The notes beneath the pieces were generated by a model that searched no databases, was not told the origin of the DNA, and saw only the letters and a list, made by a program, of their open reading frames with translations. Positions 1 through 5,869 of a stretch of DNA of 32,000 nucleotides are shown in pieces; the stretch's first letter is position 1, and every line of letters begins with the position of its first letter. The DNA is taken from assembly GCF_000025505.1 (NCBI RefSeq), contig NC_013849.1, positions 1,470,001 to 1,502,000 of the forward strand, given 5' to 3'. The DNA comes from Ferroglobus placidus DSM 10642. GTDB lineage: Archaea; Halobacteriota; Archaeoglobi; Archaeoglobales; Archaeoglobaceae. Made by a program: the position numbers and the translations under genes.

Positions 1-161
1 CCTCTGGAGGATTCAACTACATCTGGTGTACGCTTGATTATGGGGAAATACTGAGACTTTGCAATGAGGTGCGTTATCGTATCTGAATAAACTCCAAAAC
101 GTAGCCGCTCAGAAATACGATTTTGCTTCTGATCTAAACTCCTATCGACTGATATTTTCAT
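1..161 (-). CDS. Partial ORF of unknown function (N-terminal ~53 codons, continues past the left edge)
   Basis: Hand translation of the minus strand. ATG at 161-159 is followed by MKISVDRSLDQKQNRISERLRFGVYSDTITHLIAKSQYFPIIKRTPDVVESSR with no stop before position 1. Absent from the ORF track because it is edge-truncated. No family recognised. Confidence 0.25.
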   Translation of the reverse strand, partial: MKISVDRSLDQKQNRISERLRFGVYSDTITHLIAKSQYFPIIKRTPDVVESSR

Positions 162-344
162 TCCACGTACTTTCTTTAACGAGTTCGGAATAATCGAAAG
201 CCATTTAGACAGCGCCTTTTAATTTTTTGGTGAATTTAGTGATTATAATTGTGATAGTATTAATTATGTTCTGGAAACTATAAATATGAAAAATTTTAAA
301 TCTGTAGTCAAAGAAATTTATTTTTGCTGGTGGAGGGTTTCTAA

Positions 345-590
345 ATGATCAAGAGATCTAAATGGGAAATAACTTATGCGATTCTTAAATCCATTCAAAA
401 CGGCGAAAAGTCGAAGACTCGCATAATGTACGAGGCGTACTTAGACTGGAGAAATTTTAGCAGATATATAAAATTTTTAATTGATAAAAATCTCGTCGTC
501 GAAAAGAACGGAGGAAAGCTGGAGATAACGCAAAAAGGAGAAAAGATTCTGAAAATCATGGAGGAGCTAATCGAACTTATAAAAGACTAA
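345..590 (+). CDS. Small winged-helix DNA-binding protein (archaeal wHTH regulator, COG3432/HTH_45-like)
   Basis: 81-aa ORF with GGTGGAGGG 7 nt upstream of the ATG. KWEITYAILKSI..SKTRIMYEAYLDWRNFSRYIKFLIDKNLV..EITQKGEKIL has the HTH-plus-wing layout of small archaeal wHTH proteins (recalled family resemblance). Confidence 0.7.
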   Translation: MIKRSKWEITYAILKSIQNGEKSKTRIMYEAYLDWRNFSRYIKFLIDKNLVVEKNGGKLEITQKGEKILKIMEELIELIKD

Positions 591-674
591 TTTTATATAA
601 TTATTTTTAAAATATCCACTTTTTTAATATGTTTTAAACACATGTAAAAACCACAGAGAAATGTCTCATCTGGA

Positions 675-685
675 TTTATATATTA
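675..685 (+). promoter_or_regulatory. TATA-box-like element TTTATATATTA, candidate native promoter of the downstream TasA-like operon, now separated from it by the IS
   Basis: AT-rich TATA-like 11-mer lying 1 nt to the left of the left target-site duplication. If the IS and one duplication copy are removed in silico it sits ~44 nt upstream of ATG 1491, leaving room for a short leader carrying GAGGTG. Confidence 0.3.
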
Positions 686-693
686 GCATTTTG
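686..693. repeat. Target-site duplication, left copy (GCATTTTG)
   Basis: Identical 8-mer GCATTTTG abuts both outer ends of the inverted repeats (686-693 and 1452-1459). Confidence 0.8.
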
Positions 694-716
694 GGTAGTG
701 TCACTATAATGTTGAT
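694..716. repeat. IS1-family terminal inverted repeat (transposase-distal end): GGTAGTGTCACTATAATGTTGAT
   Basis: Matches the reverse complement of 1429-1451 (GGTAATGCCTCAGTAATGTTTAT) at 17 of 23 positions by hand alignment. Confidence 0.75.
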
Positions 717-1150
717 AAATTATAGTAATGAATCCACAATTTAAAAGAATTTTCGAGCATTTCCGAGGATTTTGAGAATCTGATTGATTTTCTTGCGAAT
801 CTCGGATTATCATTTCTCAGAGTTAAGAATAACCTTTCAACGTGGTTCGTTCCTCCTCTTCTTACGATTCTCTGCCTGTAAGGAATCAAATTATAAGCGT
901 CCCAGCGATCCGTGTAGAAAATTGCTTTCCGCTTTATTTCATCGCCAATTCCGTCCCACAATTTCTTGAAAGTATCCACAGAACGATCTCCTATTGCATA
1001 ACTTATTATTTTTCGGGAATTTCTCTCTAAAGCAATCCAAATCCAGATTTCGTTTTCCTTTTTCTTAACAAAACTCCAAGCTTCATCTAACTCGATAACA
1101 GGCTTTTCCGATCTAATCTCATTTCTCAGGTCTTTTTTTAGAAAATTCTC
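704..1150 (-). CDS. IS1-family transposase, DDE catalytic part (InsB-like frame with no start codon of its own at the frame opening)
   Basis: Open frame from 1150 reads ENFLKKDLRNEIRSEKPVIELDEAWSFVKKKENEIWIWIALERNSRKIISYAIGDRSVDTFKKLW..FYTDRWDAYN..GTNHVERLFLTLRN..FSKS. It carries the IS1-type D..D..E signature (ELDEAWSF / TDRWDAY / HVERLF). The track lists only the GTG-initiated tail 704-979. Confidence 0.8.
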   Translation of the reverse strand, partial: ENFLKKDLRNEIRSEKPVIELDEAWSFVKKKENEIWIWIALERNSRKIISYAIGDRSVDTFKKLWDGIGDEIKRKAIFYTDRWDAYNLIPYRQRIVRRGGTNHVERLFLTLRNDNPRFARKSIRFSKSSEMLENSFKLWIHYYNLSTL

Positions 1151-1418
1151 TTACCCAAGCTGTCACAGTGTTAGGAGAAAGCTTGAAAATTCTGCTCGCT
1201 TGTCTTATCCCTACACCCTCCTTCACAACAGCTCTAACTACCATCTCCTTAAATTCCTCGGGATAATTCCTCGGCTTTATCGGATTCAAAACGAAAGTTC
1301 TCCCGCAGCTCTTGCATTTGTATCTCTGCCTCCTCTCACCAGATTTCGTGTAATAACAGCCCATTTTCACAGTTTTTATCGATTTGCAATGCGGACACAT
1401 CATCACCGATTTATCCAA
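1119..1418 (-). CDS. IS1-family transposase, N-terminal zinc-finger + HTH part (InsA-like)
   Basis: MMCPHCKS..x..YKCKSCGRTF zinc ribbon followed by an HTH (GIRQASRIFKLSPNTVTAWV). The likely true start is the ATG at 1403 (MMCPHC). Ends at TGA 1121-1119, just after an A7 run. Confidence 0.85.
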   Translation of the reverse strand: MDKSVMMCPHCKSIKTVKMGCYYTKSGERRQRYKCKSCGRTFVLNPIKPRNYPEEFKEMVVRAVVKEGVGIRQASRIFKLSPNTVTAWVREFSKKRPEK

Positions 1419-1428
1419 CTAATTGAAT

Positions 1429-1451
1429 ATAAACATTACTGAGGCATTACC
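1429..1451. repeat. IS1-family terminal inverted repeat (transposase-proximal end): ATAAACATTACTGAGGCATTACC
   Basis: Reverse complement pairs with 694-716 (17/23). Confidence 0.75.
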
Positions 1452-1459
1452 GCATTTTG
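1452..1459. repeat. Target-site duplication, right copy (GCATTTTG)
   Basis: Identical to 686-693 and immediately outside the IR. Confidence 0.8.
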
Positions 1460-1490
1460 TAACGTATTTTATCGAAACGAGGTGTGGAGT

Positions 1491-2087
1491 ATGAGGTGGG
1501 TAGTTAGTTTGTTGGTTTTGGGAGTGGTAGGAATACTACTCGGAAGCGGAACACTCGCGTACTTCAGCGACACTGAGACAAGCGAGGACAACTACATAGC
1601 GGCTGGAACGCTTGAGCTCAAGCTTGGAGACGGTGACAACACGTGGTATGACGATCCAGACATACCAAACTACACCATCAGCGATGTCTACCCAGGATGG
1701 AGTGACTGGGTTGACTTCTACGCGAAGAACTTTGGAAGCATCGACGGTGACCTTTACATGAAGGTCACATACACGGAGAACAGTGGGGACAACCCCGAGG
1801 CTGAAGGTTCTCCGGATGATGCAGTTCTTGACGACTACCTATGCGTTGCAATTACTGTTGGTGGAAGTTCTCTTAACCTCAACACCTACGATGAAAACAA
1901 TGATGGATGTGTTTCCCTTTCAGAAATTGCTGATCAGTACATTTCGCTTGGTGACTTAGCTGCAAACGACATGGTTAACATCCGAATCGATGTGAACATC
2001 CCAACAGACGTTGGGAACGAGATTCAGGGAGACACTGTAACTGTTGACGTTGAGTTCAAGCTAATGCAGGACGGAGCATCTCCATAA
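1491..2087 (+). CDS. TasA/camelysin-like secreted protein, paralogue 1 (SipW-type signal peptide; candidate major fibre subunit)
   Basis: GAGGTG lies 7 nt before ATG 1491 (the track starts at GTG 1482). N-terminus is MRWVVSLLVLGVVGILLGSGTLA|YFSDTETSEDNYIAAGTLELKL, the SipW-cognate junction seen in TasA. It also has a PGW..FYAKNFGS core and a C-terminal GNEIQGDTVTVDVEFKLMQ motif. Acidic protein, with mostly C-ending Asp/Asn/Tyr codons. Confidence 0.8.
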   Translation: MRWVVSLLVLGVVGILLGSGTLAYFSDTETSEDNYIAAGTLELKLGDGDNTWYDDPDIPNYTISDVYPGWSDWVDFYAKNFGSIDGDLYMKVTYTENSGDNPEAEGSPDDAVLDDYLCVAITVGGSSLNLNTYDENNDGCVSLSEIADQYISLGDLAANDMVNIRIDVNIPTDVGNEIQGDTVTVDVEFKLMQDGASP

Positions 2088-2126
2088 CACTCCTATCCCA
2101 ACTAAATTTTTTAAGAGGTGCCAGAG

Positions 2127-2903
2127 ATGAGAAGTGTTGCACTGAGCATCATTGTTGTATGCATAGCACTTTCAGTAGCTACCCTCGGCACATGGGCAGT
2201 CTTTTATGACGAGGAGGTCAGTGAGGGAAATTACATTGAGGCAAGCACCCTCGATATTCACCTTGAGAACCACGACGAAGATGCTGACCAACAGTGGCTT
2301 GTCTTAAATTCATATCCTGGAACCGATGAGGATAATCCAGGACAAAGCAATTGGATGGGGAGTGGACAGATAAAAATATTTAATGACGGGAGTCTCAGGG
2401 GCGACCATTTGGAAATTGCCTTTGAGTTCAGGTGCTACGAAGATGATGATGGTGATGTGTTCAACAGCGCGGTATATCCCTATGATTTCACATACAACTC
2501 CTCCAAGCACCGCATAGGTCCAGAGTCGGATACAAACCAGAGTGGTATAGGGTACTGGCTCAAGGAGATAAAACTAGTCAAGCTCAACTACGGTCTTTCC
2601 TCAAACCGGATGGGCACATATAACCTCCTCAATGACTTGTGCTCCGCAGATGGAGATCCAGAGTGCACAATGAACGATCTCGCAAATTCAGTAATAGTTC
2701 TACCAGCAGACTATACCCCACTAGTTGGGGGCAGTGAGTACGGTCTAATTCAGATGGACTTTGAAATGCCTGACACAGGACAACCTCAAAACGACTGGCA
2801 GGGCGATGTCTGTGAGATGATCGTCCACGTGGCACTTGCGCAAGATTCAAGCCAGCAAGTACTCAGCCCGGGTGGAGTTACCGTCAACCTTCCATCGAGC
2901 TAA
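2127..2903 (+). CDS. TasA/camelysin-like secreted protein, paralogue 2 (SipW-type signal peptide)
   Basis: AAGAGGTG lies 6 nt before ATG 2127 (track start is GTG 2118). Signal junction ..SVATLGTWA|VFYDEEVSEGNYIEASTLDIHL, core IKIFNDGSLRGD, C-terminal QNDWQGDVCEMIVHVALAQ. Confidence 0.75.
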   Translation: MRSVALSIIVVCIALSVATLGTWAVFYDEEVSEGNYIEASTLDIHLENHDEDADQQWLVLNSYPGTDEDNPGQSNWMGSGQIKIFNDGSLRGDHLEIAFEFRCYEDDDGDVFNSAVYPYDFTYNSSKHRIGPESDTNQSGIGYWLKEIKLVKLNYGLSSNRMGTYNLLNDLCSADGDPECTMNDLANSVIVLPADYTPLVGGSEYGLIQMDFEMPDTGQPQNDWQGDVCEMIVHVALAQDSSQQVLSPGGVTVNLPSS

Positions 2904-2921
2904 TAATTAAGCTGACCAAAA

Positions 2922-3509
2922 ATGTCCAACCTTAAAATTTTTTTATTCCTCTTTTTGCTTTCTTCTCTTGTAGTTTATCTCATTCCGAATGTTCTCTCTG
3001 CGTATGCTCTTCCAATTGATGAAAAGGAAAAGGAAAAAGCTGTAAAATTCTGCTTTGAAACCGGAGAAACTCCTCCACCTTTTCTTCAAGCCTCGAACTT
3101 CGCTCCGGGAAATGTGGCTGAAGGGACTTTGAAGATAGCGAACTGCGGAGAGAAGAAGTCGAAGCGATTCGGATTGTCTTTAAGCTATAGTTTCTTCGAT
3201 CCGAAAGGAGATAGCGAGGCGGAAAGCTTTTTGTCAAACATCACGTTGATCGAACTCAAAATAGGAAAGGAGAACGACTTACTTTATAGGAACTTGCTAA
3301 GCGAAGTGGAGGATTTGAACGGAAACGGAGTCAAAGACCTTCACGACCTCTCACTCTCGCCCGTTTCGGTGAAGTATAAGGTGGAACCTTGCGGGGAGGA
3401 ATCATGTGAGTACCACTACCTTTATATTAGAGTAAAGTTTGATGAGAGTGCCGGTAACGAATTTCAAGGAGATAGGGTTGAGCTGAACTTCACTCTGATG
3501 CTCGGGTGA
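2922..3509 (+). CDS. TasA-like fold protein, paralogue 3 (ordinary signal peptide, no SipW-type junction)
   Basis: Signal peptide MSNLKIFLFLFLLSSLVVYLIPNVLSA. Core APGNVAEGTLKIANCGEKK and C-terminal GNEFQGDRVELNFTLML match the motifs of paralogues 1 and 2, but the N-terminal A-x-F-x-D-x-E junction is absent. Confidence 0.6.
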   Translation: MSNLKIFLFLFLLSSLVVYLIPNVLSAYALPIDEKEKEKAVKFCFETGETPPPFLQASNFAPGNVAEGTLKIANCGEKKSKRFGLSLSYSFFDPKGDSEAESFLSNITLIELKIGKENDLLYRNLLSEVEDLNGNGVKDLHDLSLSPVSVKYKVEPCGEESCEYHYLYIRVKFDESAGNEFQGDRVELNFTLMLG

Positions 3510-3513
3510 TGCT

Positions 3514-3975
3514 ATGAGGTTTGCGTTAACTCTAATCCTGGTAGCCGGAGTACTTTTAGCTCTCTCTTTTCACACCGCTGCATTTTTCTACGACATAGAA
3601 AAAGTTACGGCGGAAATTTACGCCAACTGGCACACTCAGGCCGACGATTTGAAAGTAACCGAAGTTAATTTTTGTGAAAAAATCGAAGAGCTAAAAGACG
3701 ATTTCAAAGTCTTGAAGCTTGAAAACGTCGGAAGCAATGAAATAACTGTGTGGAAGATCAACGCGAATTCAAGCTTTATCGGAGTGCTATCGATAGGTGA
3801 CGACACCGTTGACGTGCAATGGTATTGTGACGAAGAAGGGGAGTTTATTGTGGATTTAGCCATCTCCCCCTACGATCGATCTTTCGTCGCATTAAAACTC
3901 GAATGTCCGGCTGATGTAACTTTTATTATGGAAGATCTTTCGAAGAAAACTTGGAGGTGTGTTGTTGAGGATTAA
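3514..3975 (+). CDS. Small secreted protein, paralogue 4, with SipW-type junction (divergent, lacks the QGD C-terminal motif)
   Basis: MRFALTLILVAGVLLALSFHTAA|FFYDIEKVTAEIYA resembles the junctions of paralogues 1 and 2. A KLENVGSNEITVWKI core-like strand is present. The ATG lies 4 nt after the upstream stop. Confidence 0.55.
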   Translation: MRFALTLILVAGVLLALSFHTAAFFYDIEKVTAEIYANWHTQADDLKVTEVNFCEKIEELKDDFKVLKLENVGSNEITVWKINANSSFIGVLSIGDDTVDVQWYCDEEGEFIVDLAISPYDRSFVALKLECPADVTFIMEDLSKKTWRCVVED

Positions 3976-4822
3976 GCTTGCAATTTTAATCGTCGTCGCC
4001 TCCGTACTTGCTTACCAAATACTATCTGGAGAAATAATACCTCTCGTAGTTTTGAGCGGTAGCATGGTTCCCTACATGTATCCGGGGGATTTAATACTCG
4101 TTAAGAAAATCGATCCGAACGAAATATCTGTTGGAGACGTAATATGCTTTAAAGATCCTTCGGGGAGAGAAAACGTTCTGATAACGCATAGAGTTGTTAA
4201 CGTAACCGAAAGAGACGGAAAACTCGTGTTCAAAACTAAAGGAGATGCGCTTGAGGAAGTGGATTTTTTTGAGGTTAAAGAAGAAGATATTGTTGGTACA
4301 CCAGTTCTTTTGATTCCTATGATCGGCTATCTGCACGAAAATAAAAAACTCGTTTACTTTTCAATGATCTTGCTTCCCTCCATCCTCATTCTTTTCGTTG
4401 AGGTTAAAAATCTAAAAAATCCTGAAGTCGTGGAGAGGTTGGAGGAAAAGAAGAAGAGAGTTAGGCAGTTTCTCAAGCGAAGACAGTCGATTAGCTTTAA
4501 AAGAGCAGTACTGACCATAATTGTTTCTTACGTGCTTATTTACGTTCTCTTGCATCAGGACTTCGTTCCCGTTCAGAGAGTAACTATTGGAGAAGGAAAA
4601 GTTCGAATACAAGAAAATTTCGACCCGTATGATGTTTACTTCCTCATTCCACCTTTTTACATCGAAAATCTTTACAGAATAAATCCGGTGTTGCCGGAAG
4701 TAGCAATCGTTTTATATCCGCTAATGCTCTCATTACTTCTATCACCCCTCTGGAAAACTTACGGCGGGAGTGGTAAAATATGGGGAAAAAGGTTTTACTT
4801 GCGGTCGTTGTTGCGATTTTAG
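3959..4822 (+). CDS. Signal peptidase I, ER/archaeal (SipW-like, S26B) type, with a C-terminal multi-TM extension
   Basis: Catalytic boxes VLSGSMVPYMYPGDLILV (Ser), LITHRVV (His general base rather than Lys) and TKGDALEEVD. N-terminal TM anchor. Residues beyond ~130 add three hydrophobic segments and a KKKRVRQFLKRRQ loop. The start overlaps paralogue 4 by 17 nt. Confidence 0.85.
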   Translation: MLLRIKLAILIVVASVLAYQILSGEIIPLVVLSGSMVPYMYPGDLILVKKIDPNEISVGDVICFKDPSGRENVLITHRVVNVTERDGKLVFKTKGDALEEVDFFEVKEEDIVGTPVLLIPMIGYLHENKKLVYFSMILLPSILILFVEVKNLKNPEVVERLEEKKKRVRQFLKRRQSISFKRAVLTIIVSYVLIYVLLHQDFVPVQRVTIGEGKVRIQENFDPYDVYFLIPPFYIENLYRINPVLPEVAIVLYPLMLSLLLSPLWKTYGGSGKIWGKRFYLRSLLRF

Positions 4823-5757
4823 TTTTTTCGTCAGCCTTTGCTACTTACAGCGCCTACAACGATTTAAAACCTAAGAAGGTTACGGTAAAAAGAAACGTAA
4901 CTATAGGAACTTACGAACTTTACTACGACTATTACTCCACTGTGTCGAAAGAAAATCCTCTGTGGGGCGAGGGAATGAAATTGTTTAACAAAGACGTTTA
5001 TTTTTCGAGTGTCTCACCCGTTCTAAATATCACGTTTAACTTAATTCTTCCGGAAAGCAACTTTGAAGTTGAATACGAAACTAAGCTTTTGATCACCTCG
5101 TCAACCTCAGACAAGGTGTTTTGGGAACTTGAAAGAGTTATTGGCTCGGGAGTAACGGTTTTAAATTCGAGTAAATTCAGCTACTCATTTTCTTTGAACA
5201 TTCTTGAACTTGAAAGGGAAATAGAAAGCATAGAGCGAAGCCTCGAATTTAAAGGCGGTTCTAAAACGATAAAAGTCGTTACAAACGTTTACGCAAAAGG
5301 ATCGGAGAAGGAAATTAAGGATAGCGTTGAAATGACGATAAAACCTTCTGGGAGCTACTACACGGTTTCTTCTTCGGGAAAGAAAAAGACAGTTGAAAGA
5401 ACGGTAAATGAAGTAAAAAAAGTTCCTCCTTCTCAGAGGGAGTACATTTTCGCATTATCTAAAGTAGCGTTGCCGATTCTCGGTATTATTGCGAGCGTTT
5501 ACGTTTATAGAATATCTTCTCTCTCGGAAGACGAAAAAGCTCTCAGGAAATTTAGGAAGTGGATAAGCAAAGGAAAACTTCCGGAGGTTAGGATGACGAC
5601 GATTGAAATTGAATCCCTCGAAGACCTTGTTGATGCGGCAATCGATATGAACGAAAGAGTTATTCACGATGCCGAGAAAAACGCATTCTTCTTCGTACAC
5701 GATGGAATTCTTTACATTTATAAAGGAAAAGCGAGGCAGGGTGAAGAGGAGACATAG
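4780..5757 (+). CDS. Bitopic membrane protein, DUF5305-like SipW-associated accessory protein
   Basis: N-terminal TM (VLLAVVVAILVFSSAFA), a ~200-aa beta-rich external domain, a second TM (ALPILGIIASVYVY) and an ~80-aa cytoplasmic tail ending ..FFFVHDGILYIYKG. Architecture and gene context match my recollection of DUF5305. Overlaps the peptidase gene by 43 nt. Confidence 0.5.
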   Translation: MGKKVLLAVVVAILVFSSAFATYSAYNDLKPKKVTVKRNVTIGTYELYYDYYSTVSKENPLWGEGMKLFNKDVYFSSVSPVLNITFNLILPESNFEVEYETKLLITSSTSDKVFWELERVIGSGVTVLNSSKFSYSFSLNILELEREIESIERSLEFKGGSKTIKVVTNVYAKGSEKEIKDSVEMTIKPSGSYYTVSSSGKKKTVERTVNEVKKVPPSQREYIFALSKVALPILGIIASVYVYRISSLSEDEKALRKFRKWISKGKLPEVRMTTIEIESLEDLVDAAIDMNERVIHDAEKNAFFFVHDGILYIYKGKARQGEEET

Positions 5758-5829
5758 CGGGGCGTGGATTTGAACCACGGATCTGCGGGTTATGAGCCCG
5801 CCGGGATTACCTGGCTACCCCACCCCGCT
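5755..5829 (-). tRNA. Initiator tRNA-Met (CAT anticodon)
   Basis: Minus-strand sequence AGCGGGGTGGGGTAGCCAGGTAATCCCGGCGGGCTCATAACCCGCAGATCCGTGGTTCAAATCCACGCCCCGCTA folds as a cloverleaf. It has an A1:U72 pair, three G:C pairs closing the anticodon stem (GGG/CCC) and a CTCATAA loop, which are archaeal initiator hallmarks. No encoded CCA. Confidence 0.9.
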
Positions 5830-5852
5830 TCGATTAGTTGTTGTCGAATGCG

Positions 5853-5869
5853 ATATATAAACTTTTTTC
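5853..5869 (-). promoter_or_regulatory. BRE/TATA promoter of the initiator tRNA gene
   Basis: On the minus strand GAAAAAAGT-TTATATAT is a purine-rich BRE followed by a TATA box. The TATA centre is ~28 nt upstream of the tRNA 5' end at 5829. Confidence 0.55.

Larger units (their letters stand above)
694..1451 (-). mobile_element. IS1-family insertion sequence, 758 bp, complete ends
   Basis: Bounded by 23-bp imperfect inverted repeats (17/23 identical, both starting GGTARTG like IS1 ends) and an 8-bp direct duplication. Encodes an InsA-like zinc-finger/HTH ORF and an IS1-type DDE ORF. The transposase stop codon lies inside the left IR, as in IS1. Confidence 0.85.

Noticed and set aside
784-1442. 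Plus-strand ORFs 784-969, 842-1030 and 1200-1442 inside the IS
   Set aside because: They are antisense to the IS1 transposase frames, which show zinc-finger, HTH and DDE motifs.
4780-4822. 43-nt overlap between the peptidase gene and the downstream gene as evidence of a frameshift or pseudogene
   Set aside because: Both ORFs are intact with sensible N- and C-terminal features (TM helices on both sides). An overlap of this size is unusual but not disruptive. Noted within the findings rather than called a pseudogene.
1-5829. The left 5.8 kb as an integrated element inserted at the 3' end of the initiator tRNA gene
   Set aside because: The accessory-looking region does lie on the 3' side of the tRNA, and the last gene's stop codon even overlaps the tRNA 3' end by 3 nt. 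However, I found no integrase gene and no second copy of the tRNA 3' segment (AGCGGGGCGTGGATTTGAACC) in the window, so an att-flanked island cannot be supported from this sequence alone.
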